Assembly: GCA_048938105.1 (NCBI GenBank)
Contig: JBHLMN010000005.1
Coordinates: 1 to 64,000, forward strand
Direction of reading: 5' to 3'
Length of the DNA: 64,000 bases
Origin: Promethearchaeota archaeon
GTDB lineage: Archaea; Asgardarchaeota; Heimdallarchaeia; Hodarchaeales; Hodarchaeaceae
The position numbers and the translations under genes are program-made. Shown piece after piece: positions 30,905-40,665 of the stretch; the stretch's first letter is position 1, and every line of letters starts with the position of its first letter. A model generated the notes under the pieces. The model was not told the origin of the DNA, searched no databases, and was given only the letters and a program-made list of their open reading frames with translations.

Positions 30905-32095
30905 ATGGCAAATGTAGATATGAGTATTTTTGATGAAGTCATCGATCGGTCAAATACTGGCTCCATTAAATGGGATCCTTATTACTTGAAGAAACTGTTT
31001 GGTAAGGACGATTTGTTGCCACTGTGGGTCGCGGATATGGACTTCCGAACCCCGCAGCCAGTCATTGAAGCTCTTGTAGAAAGAGCAAAACATGGAATAT
31101 TTGGTTACACTGGCCCCGATCCGTTAAAATACAACAAATCTGTTATTAATTGGTTTAAACGTAGACATAATTGGACTTTAAATGAGGATTGGCTCATTTT
31201 CTCTCCTGGTATTGTTCAGGCTTGTACATACCTTATTCAGAGATTTACAAACCCTGGGGACAAGATTATTGTTCAAAATCCTGTTTATTATCCTTTTGCT
31301 TCTATTATAAAGAACAATGGTCGAAGAGTTATCTCTAATCAACTTATCCTAGATGACTCTAGGTATCGAATGAATTATGAGGATCTTGAAAAAAAAGCCA
31401 AGGATCCACGTGTAAAGGCTTTGATCCTGTGTAGTCCTCATAATCCAGTCGGTCGAGTATGGTCAAGAGAAGAATTGATTAAATTGGGGGAGATTTGTTT
31501 AGAAAATGATGTGTTAGTTATTTCAGATGAAATTCACTGTGATTTAGTGTATACAAAATATAGACATATTGTTTATGCCTCAATATCTGAAGAATTTGCA
31601 CAACACACCGTTACATGCACTGCAGGAAGTAAAACGTTTAATCTTGCAGGTTTTCAACATTCTAATGTTATAATTCAGAATAACAAACTTCGAGAGGATT
31701 TTAAAGTGCAAATGGAAGCTAATTCACTCACTATCCCGAATGCATTCGGAGCCCTAGCTTTACAAGTAGCATATGATGAGGGAGAAGAATGGTTGAGTGC
31801 TCTTATCCAAGTATTAGAGCGGAATTTAGATTTCTTAAAATCCTTCATTAACAAAAATCTTCCCACTGTCTCAGTTATTGAACCTGAAGGGACATACCTC
31901 GTTTGGTTAGATTTTCGCGCCTTTGGCCTTGAGCATGAAGAATTAGAAAAGAAAATCTTGGAAGAAGCAAAATTAGCATTAGATTCGGGATATAAATTTG
32001 GAGTAGGAGGAGAGGGTTTTGAACGAATAAATATTGCATGTCCTCTTTCTATATTAGAAGAATCTCTAGAACGAATTTCAAATGCTTTTAAGTAG
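30905..32095 (+). CDS. patB: MalY/PatB-family PLP C-S lyase (cystathionine beta-lyase)
   Basis: SIKWD, LWVADMDF, CSPHNPVGRVW, SDEIH, SKTFNLAG, RINIAC. Confidence 0.9.
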   Translation: MANVDMSIFDEVIDRSNTGSIKWDPYYLKKLFGKDDLLPLWVADMDFRTPQPVIEALVERAKHGIFGYTGPDPLKYNKSVINWFKRRHNWTLNEDWLIFSPGIVQACTYLIQRFTNPGDKIIVQNPVYYPFASIIKNNGRRVISNQLILDDSRYRMNYEDLEKKAKDPRVKALILCSPHNPVGRVWSREELIKLGEICLENDVLVISDEIHCDLVYTKYRHIVYASISEEFAQHTVTCTAGSKTFNLAGFQHSNVIIQNNKLREDFKVQMEANSLTIPNAFGALALQVAYDEGEEWLSALIQVLERNLDFLKSFINKNLPTVSVIEPEGTYLVWLDFRAFGLEHEELEKKILEEAKLALDSGYKFGVGGEGFERINIACPLSILEESLERISNAFK

Positions 32096-32104
32096 ATTAT
32101 AAAT

Positions 32105-33535
32105 TTATTTCTTTATTTTCCAAATTGTCCCTTCTGGTTTGTCTTCAAGTTGAATACCTATTTCCAATAGTTCAGCTCTAATCTGATCAGAGAATTCATA
32201 TTGTTTAGCTTCACGCAATTTATCCCTCAGAGTTATCATCATATCAACTAAGGCTGAAATAGATACTGTTCCCTGTTGTACTTCTTCCTGAAGAGAAATC
32301 CCTAAAATCCCAATTAGTGTTATAATCTTATTTTTAGCTTCATTTAGGAGAGATTTTTCATTATCTAGAGATGCATTCATCTTTTTGATAAACTGCATGA
32401 TCGTTTGGAGTGCTCCAACAGTATTCAAATCGTCATCCATTGCTGTAATAAAATCTGTCTCAACTTCAGTGATGAATGTAGACAAATCAGTTTTAGTTCC
32501 ACCTGATGCTTGGTCTATAGAAGCAATTGTTGTCCGAATACGATCAAGAAGAGTCTGAGATTGTGTAAGCGCGTCACGATTGAAATCGACACCTTTACGA
32601 TAATGAGAATTGATCAAAAATAACCTGATAAGCATAGGATCATATTCATTCAGTAGATCACGTACCAAGATGAAGTTACCTTTGGATTTTCCCATCCGTT
32701 CACCGTCAACAGTAAGAAAAGCAGCATGTAGCCAGTAGTTTACAAACTTTTCACCTGTACGCGCTTCAGATTGAGCAATCTCATTCGGATGATGTAGATA
32801 AAGATGATCTATTCCCCCACCATGAATATCTAAAGTAGTTCCCAGATATTTTTGAGACATAACACTACATTCAAGGTGCCATCCAGGATAACCAAGACCC
32901 CATGGAGATGGCCATTTCATTAGGTGTTCAGGAGGAGCTCGAATCCATAAAGCAAAATCCCTGGGATCTCGTTTTTCAGGATTAACAGCAATCCGAGCAC
33001 CCGCTGATTCCTCAGAATAGCTTGAAGGACTTAATTCTCCGTAGGATGGAAATTTTGTCACATCAAAATAAACTGATCCGTTTGTCTCGTATGCATAGCC
33101 TTTTTCAAGTAAGTCTTTAATAAATTCAATCATTTCTGGTATTTCTGCAGTCGCACGAGGGTAAATATCCGCTCTTTGGATATTCAGAGCATCCATATCC
33201 TCGAAAAACTGCCGAATTTTCCTTTCGACTAAAACCATGGGTTCTAAATTTTTATCCCTTGCTGTTTTAATGATTTTATCTTCACCAGAATCTGCATCGT
33301 CAGTGAGGTGACCAACATCAGTAAAATTTTGAACCCAAAAAACATTATATCCTCTCCAACGAAGATATCTGACTAAAGTATCCCAGTAAGAATAAGTTCT
33401 AGCATTACCGATATGGGCATCCTCATATACAGTCTGTCCACAAGAATAAAAGCGAACTTTTTTATCCTCAATAGTGATAAATTCTTCTTTACGTCGGGTT
33501 AAGGAGTTATATAGCTTCATGAGGATTAATTCCAC
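32105..33535 (-). CDS. cysS: Cysteinyl-tRNA synthetase
   Basis: CGQTVY, HIGN, DFALW, PGWHLEC, DIHGGGID...HHPNE, RMGKS (KMSKS variant). Confidence 0.95.
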   Translation of the reverse strand: MELILMKLYNSLTRRKEEFITIEDKKVRFYSCGQTVYEDAHIGNARTYSYWDTLVRYLRWRGYNVFWVQNFTDVGHLTDDADSGEDKIIKTARDKNLEPMVLVERKIRQFFEDMDALNIQRADIYPRATAEIPEMIEFIKDLLEKGYAYETNGSVYFDVTKFPSYGELSPSSYSEESAGARIAVNPEKRDPRDFALWIRAPPEHLMKWPSPWGLGYPGWHLECSVMSQKYLGTTLDIHGGGIDHLYLHHPNEIAQSEARTGEKFVNYWLHAAFLTVDGERMGKSKGNFILVRDLLNEYDPMLIRLFLINSHYRKGVDFNRDALTQSQTLLDRIRTTIASIDQASGGTKTDLSTFITEVETDFITAMDDDLNTVGALQTIMQFIKKMNASLDNEKSLLNEAKNKIITLIGILGISLQEEVQQGTVSISALVDMMITLRDKLREAKQYEFSDQIRAELLEIGIQLEDKPEGTIWKIKK

Positions 33536-33711
33536 TATTTAATACCAAATTCAGCCCCTAGTTCTGAATTTTTCAAACAATAATCTGATGTTTGAAAATT
33601 AAAAACAATCTAATAAGGATTTCAACTAAAATATCTAAATGCATTTACCCATATATAGTTAATAATATTGACAGTTGAGAGAGAATATATATCCTATACT
33701 AGGTAAATTTT

Positions 33712-34515
33712 GTGGGTTTCATAATGGGTTGTTCTGCCAAGTGCTTTGATTGGGCTTCATCCTTTTATGATTATTCACGAGCCATTCCTGAGGATCTAAT
33801 GAAAAAAATTATTGATACTCTGCAAGAAAAGCTGAGGATAGATTCTAGTTCAAAGATTCTTGAAGTTGGGATTGGAACTGGTAGGATAGCAATTCCATTG
33901 ACTGAAAAACTCAATTTAAACATAGTTGGAGTAGATATCTCAAAGAAAATGATACAAAAATGCCAGGAAAAAGTATCTCCAGGTGCCAGAATTCAATTAA
34001 TTGTAGCTGATGGCCTCAGACTACCATTTTCGAATAATCAGTTTAATATCATTTTTACGTGCCATATGCTCCATCTTCTGTCAAATGCTTACCAATTTGT
34101 TGAAAAAATAACTTCTTTATTAGTAAAAAATGGATTTTATATTAATTTGGAGGCATTTGTAGATTATCACCAAACATTACCCTTTAAAATTTACTATAAT
34201 AAATTGACTGAAACAGGTTGGCGTCATATCTTCCTGGGGGATCTTATTCGGCGCGGGCTTATTATCTATTTATCAAGAAAGGGATGGAGCCACACAGAAT
34301 ATATAATTAAGAGTCAGAGAGAAATCTCAATCAATAATCTTGTACTCTTCCTCCGTGAACGCGTTTTTTCTCATCAAAGAACCATCATAGACGATCTACA
34401 TAAACAATCACTAGAGCATCTTTATATGGAATTAGAAAAGAACAATATTGATTTATCAAAAACAGTATCTGCACCAGCTACATCTCGCTTTAGCATATTT
34501 CAACGGAATTATTAA
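33712..34515 (+). CDS. Class I SAM-dependent methyltransferase
   Basis: ILEVGIGTGR, GVDIS, ADGLRLPF motifs. Confidence 0.88.
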   Translation: MGFIMGCSAKCFDWASSFYDYSRAIPEDLMKKIIDTLQEKLRIDSSSKILEVGIGTGRIAIPLTEKLNLNIVGVDISKKMIQKCQEKVSPGARIQLIVADGLRLPFSNNQFNIIFTCHMLHLLSNAYQFVEKITSLLVKNGFYINLEAFVDYHQTLPFKIYYNKLTETGWRHIFLGDLIRRGLIIYLSRKGWSHTEYIIKSQREISINNLVLFLRERVFSHQRTIIDDLHKQSLEHLYMELEKNNIDLSKTVSAPATSRFSIFQRNY

Positions 34516-34526
34516 GATCAAAATTA

Positions 34527-35738
34527 ATGGTGTTCATCATCGTGAACAATGAACAAAATAAAACACAGACACAAGCAGAGGTAGCTAAAGAAGTATCTAC
34601 ACCTAAACCAACATTGGTAACAGAATTCAATCCTGATCGTCGTGAGCTAGCAATTGCGTATACTAGAACCTCTCGTCTTTACAGCATCCGATTGATGATC
34701 ATTTCTTTCGTAATATCTGTTGTTATTCTACTCTCACGAGTAACTGTGTTCTTTCGAGATTTGTTGGGAAATTTAGGTATAAAAGATCCTTTCATGCTTA
34801 CAGGTATTTTTTTTGTTGTTGGTTTTCTTTGTGTAAACATCGCAGAACTCCCTGTTTCTTTTTACCTACATTCTAGATTAGGACGGAAATATGGACTTTC
34901 AAAACTTACAAATCAGAAGTGGCTTTGGAGATATATCAAAGGGAATCTTGTTGGTTTTATAATCAGTTTCCCAATGTTTGAAGGGTTTTATTGGCTGTTG
35001 AGGACTTTTCCAAATTTTTGGTGGATGTGGGCAACAGCTATAATGATTTTATTTACGTTAATCTTCTCAAACTTAGGTCCTATAGTTCTCCTCCCAATTT
35101 TCTATAAATTTGATCCATTAGAGAATAGTCATCCCGATCTAGCCGACGAACTCGTAGAAATGGCAAAACAAATTGGCTTAAAAACCACGAAAGTTTTCAT
35201 ATGGCACATAAGCGAAATGGTAACCACATCAAACGCAGCTCTGTTAGGACTTGGTAATACCCGACGAATCATCATTGCAGACACAATGCTTAATGTTTTT
35301 ACCCCAAATGAAATTAAATGGATACTTGCTCACGAGATTGGTCACTTTAAGCATAAAGATTTCTGGAAAAGAATTATTATTGGAAGCTTCACCACATTTT
35401 TAATTTTCTTGTTCACAAATGTGACTTTTTATCCTCTTGCTAATTTTTTTGGTTATTCTTCAATCATTGGTGATGTTAGTGGTATTCCAATTATTGGTCT
35501 ATGTTTTTGGTTAATTTCCTTCGGAATAGATATTCCATCTCTCTGGTATTCAAGGAGACAAGAAGTAGCAACCGATGATTTTGCTTCCTCTATTATTAAA
35601 GATCCAACAGTAGCTAAAAGCCTATTCATTAAGATGGCTGACCAAAACCTCTCAGATATTAATCCCCCATGGTGGGAAAAATTGTTTTTTATGTCTCATC
35701 CATCAATTAATGAACGAATCAAACGCTTAGAAAGTTAA
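34527..35738 (+). CDS. M48 (Ste24-like) membrane zinc metalloprotease
   Basis: Multi-TM N-terminus, NAALLG, HEIGH, SRRQE..D, SHPS...RI. Confidence 0.92.
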   Translation: MVFIIVNNEQNKTQTQAEVAKEVSTPKPTLVTEFNPDRRELAIAYTRTSRLYSIRLMIISFVISVVILLSRVTVFFRDLLGNLGIKDPFMLTGIFFVVGFLCVNIAELPVSFYLHSRLGRKYGLSKLTNQKWLWRYIKGNLVGFIISFPMFEGFYWLLRTFPNFWWMWATAIMILFTLIFSNLGPIVLLPIFYKFDPLENSHPDLADELVEMAKQIGLKTTKVFIWHISEMVTTSNAALLGLGNTRRIIIADTMLNVFTPNEIKWILAHEIGHFKHKDFWKRIIIGSFTTFLIFLFTNVTFYPLANFFGYSSIIGDVSGIPIIGLCFWLISFGIDIPSLWYSRRQEVATDDFASSIIKDPTVAKSLFIKMADQNLSDINPPWWEKLFFMSHPSINERIKRLES

Positions 35739-35762
35739 GAATTAACCTTATTATTAGATACC

Positions 35763-36521
35763 TTAACTTAACAGGTTCATTAAATGGACAATGTCTGCAT
35801 CTTCTATGTTTATAAATATGGTTCTAATGAGAAACACTGTAATAATGAATGTCAAAGGTGCTAGGAATCCAGCAAATAACACAATAGTTGGCCAAAGTTC
35901 ACCACCAAGAAAAATAATAATCCAATAAAAACCAAGGTCTCCTATAGCACCCATAAATAGAATTATTGCGGTACCAGCTAGAGTTTTTATAAAACCTCTA
36001 TCCTCAGGAGTGAGTTTATCTTCTTGTAAGAGATGAAAAGACCTAAATACAATTTTTATGACGAGGATCAATATTAGGATTAAGGGAGTAAGGAAAGTTA
36101 TTAAGAGGAGTATCGAAAACCATGGATCTGATTCACTCATCCCTAATATAGCAAAAGAAGTTCCAGTGGTAAAACCAAATAGGAATGGAATATATTTTTC
36201 CCAGAGTGTCCGTCTATTCGTAAATGCCGTCACATAAAATAGACTCAATTCAAGGGATAATATCGAGTATGCTATACCAATTACTCTCTTAATTAAAAAT
36301 AAAGTAATATCCGAATCCTGAGTAAACCCTACCATTAACATAACAATGAGAAAATATAAGACCATTCCAGAACTCAACATTCCAACGTGGAATATTGATT
36401 CTTCACGAAATTTTCTCCAAATTCTGAAAAATTTAAAAGCTGCATAAAGAAATAAGCCCGCTAATGAAAGCATGCTAATCATAGCACTAAAGCTAAGTAT
36501 GATTTCAATGACATCAATCAT
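35763..36521 (-). CDS. Stand-alone 7-TM membrane protein
   Basis: Seven hydrophobic segments counted by eye; ATGA overlap with the upstream RHH gene. Confidence 0.75.
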   Translation of the reverse strand: MIDVIEIILSFSAMISMLSLAGLFLYAAFKFFRIWRKFREESIFHVGMLSSGMVLYFLIVMLMVGFTQDSDITLFLIKRVIGIAYSILSLELSLFYVTAFTNRRTLWEKYIPFLFGFTTGTSFAILGMSESDPWFSILLLITFLTPLILILILVIKIVFRSFHLLQEDKLTPEDRGFIKTLAGTAIILFMGAIGDLGFYWIIIFLGGELWPTIVLFAGFLAPLTFIITVFLIRTIFINIEDADIVHLMNLLS

Positions 36522-36703
36522 TCGCGATCACCTATTATTTCTTTAGAAACATTCTCTGCATATTCCTGTACCCATTCATGCAGCTTGTCTTGTAGCACAT
36601 AAGCGCAGAGTACGGATGGGCGTAGTTTGGTAACCTCAGATAGTCTTTCGATTTCGTGTAAAACCTTTAGCGGAAGTCGCACAGTTATTGTCGATGTTCG
36701 CAT
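36518..36703 (-). CDS. Ribbon-helix-helix (CopG/MetJ-like) transcription regulator
   Basis: TSTITVRLP beta ribbon followed by two helices (LKVLHEIERLSE; PSVLCAYVLQDKL). Likely start ATG 36703 behind a GAGGATG SD. Confidence 0.75.
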   Translation of the reverse strand: MRTSTITVRLPLKVLHEIERLSEVTKLRPSVLCAYVLQDKLHEWVQEYAENVSKEIIGDRE

Positions 36704-36737
36704 GTAGAGCATCCTCTGGAATAACATAAAAGGAGTT

Positions 36738-36752
36738 GTGCACAGTGTACAC
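36738..36752. promoter_or_regulatory. Putative RHH operator, copy 1
   Basis: GTGCAC-AGT-GTACAC, lying between a minus-strand TATA-like box (~36757-36766) and the RHH gene. Confidence 0.65.
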
Positions 36753-36870
36753 GAGAATATTTAATAATGATTGTCGTGAAGGAGTACAAACCTCCCACAA
36801 GTTCATTTGATTCCTGATCTAGTCAAATTATAAAAAAAAAGGAATTATTCCCTAAAAAAAACAGAGATAA

Positions 36871-37290
36871 GTGATAAATATGTCAACTGAAAGAGTAAAA
36901 TATGAAATCAGTCCGATTGGGCCTCGACTCATTGCCCTTATTATCGACCTAATTATTGTGGCGATGTTGACGGTGTTTTGCCAATGGGGCGTCGAGCTGG
37001 AATGGAATATGTTTTGGAAACCAATACTATTCCCGGATATCGAATTTGTTGAAATATATTGGCTAATGCTGTTATTAATGTTGATATTCAGTATCCTCGT
37101 TTATTTCATATTGGTTCCTAGCTTTACAAATGGCCAAACAATTGGAAAAATGATAATGGGTCTCTATGTAGTCTATAATGACAATTCAAGTACCAAAAGG
37201 AAATTTGTGACACATATTAAGCGATTGTTCTTCATGCGAGGAGGAACAAAAGTCGTCAAGGTTTCTGGTGAACGGCCAGAGGGTCTTTAA
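36871..37290 (+). CDS. RDD family membrane protein
   Basis: GPRLIALIIDLII and GQTIGKMIMGLYVV RDD motifs. Confidence 0.85.
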   Translation: MINMSTERVKYEISPIGPRLIALIIDLIIVAMLTVFCQWGVELEWNMFWKPILFPDIEFVEIYWLMLLLMLIFSILVYFILVPSFTNGQTIGKMIMGLYVVYNDNSSTKRKFVTHIKRLFFMRGGTKVVKVSGERPEGL

Positions 37291-37340
37291 GACTCGATGA
37301 ATACGGGAGAGGTGTTTTTACCCTTTTTTTTAATGATGAT

Positions 37341-38087
37341 TTACCAATATAGTTCCTTCGCAGGCATGAATGTTTGGGTATAATCTTCGACTATCTGACC
37401 ATCCGATAGACGGATTACACGATCCCCTAAAGGGCAAATTGCTTCATTATGGGTAACAATAATCACAGTCCGATTCAGTTTTTTTCCTGTCATTGCTTCC
37501 ATAATTTCTAATACTTGTCTACCGATCTTAAAATCTAAATTACCTGTTGGTTCATCCGCTAATAAGATTTCAGGTTCTTTTGACAGTGCTCTGGCAATTG
37601 CAACACGCTGTTGTTCTCCTCCACTTAATTGAGCGGGAAAATGATGGATCCGATCATGAAGACCGACTTTATCAAGATAGTCAATGGCTGTTTGACGAAT
37701 CATTTTGGAATCGAAACTTATTCCACCATTAGTCTTTCTCTTCACTCCTACTAATTCTAAAGCATATTCAACGTTTTCTAAGGCAGTTAACCGTGAAATA
37801 AGGTTGAAGAATTGAAATACAACCCCAACTTTCTTTCGGCGATAAATCGTTAACCATTTATCGGATAAAGTTGAAACACCAATTTCTCCAACAGTCACAT
37901 TACCAGATGTGGGGACATCTAACCCTCCAATCATGTTTAAGAGAGTTGTCTTGCCAGCTCCAGACGGTCCAAAAATAATGACGAGTTCCCCAAGTTCTAT
38001 ATTGACATCAATTCCCCTTAAGGCTGGAATTGTAGTTTCCCCTAGAGTATAATTCTTTTGAATGTTCTCTAATGTGATAAATGCCAT
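37341..38087 (-). CDS. LolD/MacB-type ABC ATPase
   Basis: GPSGAGKT, VFQFFNL, LSGGEQQR, ADEPTGNLD, VTH. Confidence 0.93.
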   Translation of the reverse strand: MAFITLENIQKNYTLGETTIPALRGIDVNIELGELVIIFGPSGAGKTTLLNMIGGLDVPTSGNVTVGEIGVSTLSDKWLTIYRRKKVGVVFQFFNLISRLTALENVEYALELVGVKRKTNGGISFDSKMIRQTAIDYLDKVGLHDRIHHFPAQLSGGEQQRVAIARALSKEPEILLADEPTGNLDFKIGRQVLEIMEAMTGKKLNRTVIIVTHNEAICPLGDRVIRLSDGQIVEDYTQTFMPAKELYW

Positions 38088-38100
38088 TTACTTATACCTC

Positions 38101-40638
38101 TTAGACCACTCGCTCCTTTGTTGCTTCTGCGAGATTCAGATTCAAAGCTCTTCTTAAGGGGAAGAATTGGGCCACTAAAACACCTATAAAAGTAAGTCCA
38201 AATGATATTAGAATTGTTTCATTACTCATAAATAGTTTTACACGGAAGAATTCTAGATCCAAAATGATTCTCATGAAGAACCATAACATGAGCCAGCCCA
38301 GGATTAACCCTAAAATTGTTCCAATGATGGTGATAATAAAATTCTCAACAGTAACATTTCGAACAAGGCGTCTGCTTGGTGTCCCAATAGTTAATAGAGT
38401 TGCAATCTCTCGTTCTTGTTCTTGTAAATTGATGTAAATGGTGTTATATACAATTGAACATGAAAGAACAACCGCAAATACTGCAACAATGTAGATGATG
38501 AAGTAAATCAAATTAAGAAGATTTAAGAAATCACTACTCTGCTCTTCCTTAGTATAGATATTTCTAATGTTGTAACTAAATTTTTGATAGATTTCCTTGC
38601 GTATTGAATCCAAATGATCTAGAGTGGGATTATCCACTTTCACTAGAATCGCATTTGCAGGTTGGCCTGGGAATTTACTTACACTGACCAACTTATTCAG
38701 TTCCATATAGGCAACTAGCCCATTAAACTCATCGACAAGTCCTGTAATACGGAACGAAAAATTGACCATATTAAAATGGGCTCTTAATGGAGCTGTACTT
38801 GTGATATTTGTCAAAACAGGTAATTCTAGGTTTACAGTATCATTTTCCCATACTTTTAATTTTTGAGCTACGGGAACACTTAGTACAATACCTGTTGGAT
38901 CCCACCCACCAGCTACATATTCAAATTTATGACCTTTATACCCATTTGAATTATTCACCCCAATTAATTGTACTTGTTTACTCTTATCAGATTTGCTAGA
39001 TGTTACTGTTGCTCCTGAAATGAGATGGTACGTCACATTTACTACACCATCAATTGAGTCATTAATTCCCATAGCAATTTGGGAGGCATTAACTGGAATT
39101 TCTGAATAATCAACGCGTAAATCCCAATCTTCTGCGACATCATACTGATAAACTAGAGAATAAGTCATTGATTCCATCATTCCAAAAACCATACTAATTA
39201 ACGATACCGACACAACAACTGCGAATACAGAGGAGAAGGTACGTCGCTTGCTACGAAAGAAGTTCCTAAGAGGGATTTTGTATCCAGTGACTCTCAGGTG
39301 TATTCGGAGCTTATTCAATATTCTTTCAAATAGTGGTACACGTCCAGTCGTAATATGGAGAGATGGATCAAAACGAAGACTTTCTGCTGGAAGAGGTTGA
39401 ATAGATCCCTTAATGGGCAGATATCCTCCAATAAATCCTGTAAGAAGACCTAACAAAACTCCTACTATAATGATAGGCCATTCGATAGTTACTTTTGGAG
39501 TAAATGGTATTGTTAACATATGAGTATAAAGCGGGCCAAACCATTGCAGAAATAACAATCCTAGGATTGTTCCTAAAATGGTTCCGATGATAGCTACCAC
39601 CATAGCAATACCTAGATATTGTAGGATAATCGTTCTTCTCGAGTAACCAAGGGCTTGAGCTACTCCAATATCTTTTCTTTCTGCAACAACCATCCTCCCT
39701 AAAAGCACGTATAATCCTCCCATTGCCATCGCTAGAATGATTGCTGGCAATACAAATCCAAATTCGCGCGCCTCGTCAATATCTAATTTCAATACATAAT
39801 ATGCTGCTTGTTTATCTCTATCAATGGGATCACTTAACTTTAAATCATGTGTTTCTTCTAGAAATTTCTTTAGATCATCTGCTATTGCTTCTCGTTGTCG
39901 AGGAAAGAGGTCAGGTTTTAACAACACAGAGATTTCATTCACTTTTCCTGGAACACCTAATAACCGTTGTGCTGTCCTTAGAGGTAAGTATATGACGCCA
40001 AAACGTCGTGGACTTGGCATAATGTCTGCATAGGATCCCATATTTATCAAATACTCTGGTGTTCCAAGTGATCCTAGAACTTCAAACGGAGTGTTATCAT
40101 CTCCAACAGCAATATACTCGTGTTGCTTTAACTTCCAATATGTCGCCAAGTGAGTTTCAACAATGCAAACGTTTCTGTATTGACTTATTTCTGAAAATGG
40201 CTCTCCATCTAGAATTTTAAAGCCATTTACTTTAGGTTGAGGTCGATAATCTCCATTTTCGTCAACAGTACTATATGCAACAATTCGACCATTTTGACGA
40301 GTACCTCGGATCTCAAATATTGTATCATCAATAATTCTTAATTCGTAACTGACTACTTTAGATTCCTCCAAGTCCATAAACTCATCCATGTATTTTGTTA
40401 GATTGTTAGTATCAATCCAAGCATCCTCACCCGACCCTCCTGGATTTGCTGTTAGTATTGTGAAACTTGCCATATTATAATCCGTGAATGCTTGGTTATA
40501 TGTCCGATTCATGAGTATAAAAGCAGTGACCATTCCATTGAATGAAGTGATTCCTATGGCAATTACTAATGCAATAGTAAAGAAACGAATTTTATGTGCT
40601 TTTAAAGCACGATAGATATTTTTTGCCGTTTTAGCCAA
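38101..40638 (-). CDS. FtsX/MacB-like ABC permease (two repeats)
   Basis: ERKDIGVAQALG and EQEREIATLLTIG motifs, two large extracytoplasmic domains. Confidence 0.9.
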   Translation of the reverse strand: MAKTAKNIYRALKAHKIRFFTIALVIAIGITSFNGMVTAFILMNRTYNQAFTDYNMASFTILTANPGGSGEDAWIDTNNLTKYMDEFMDLEESKVVSYELRIIDDTIFEIRGTRQNGRIVAYSTVDENGDYRPQPKVNGFKILDGEPFSEISQYRNVCIVETHLATYWKLKQHEYIAVGDDNTPFEVLGSLGTPEYLINMGSYADIMPSPRRFGVIYLPLRTAQRLLGVPGKVNEISVLLKPDLFPRQREAIADDLKKFLEETHDLKLSDPIDRDKQAAYYVLKLDIDEAREFGFVLPAIILAMAMGGLYVLLGRMVVAERKDIGVAQALGYSRRTIILQYLGIAMVVAIIGTILGTILGLLFLQWFGPLYTHMLTIPFTPKVTIEWPIIIVGVLLGLLTGFIGGYLPIKGSIQPLPAESLRFDPSLHITTGRVPLFERILNKLRIHLRVTGYKIPLRNFFRSKRRTFSSVFAVVVSVSLISMVFGMMESMTYSLVYQYDVAEDWDLRVDYSEIPVNASQIAMGINDSIDGVVNVTYHLISGATVTSSKSDKSKQVQLIGVNNSNGYKGHKFEYVAGGWDPTGIVLSVPVAQKLKVWENDTVNLELPVLTNITSTAPLRAHFNMVNFSFRITGLVDEFNGLVAYMELNKLVSVSKFPGQPANAILVKVDNPTLDHLDSIRKEIYQKFSYNIRNIYTKEEQSSDFLNLLNLIYFIIYIVAVFAVVLSCSIVYNTIYINLQEQEREIATLLTIGTPSRRLVRNVTVENFIITIIGTILGLILGWLMLWFFMRIILDLEFFRVKLFMSNETILISFGLTFIGVLVAQFFPLRRALNLNLAEATKERVV

Positions 40639-40665
40639 ATATTATTACTCCTTTCATTATTTACA

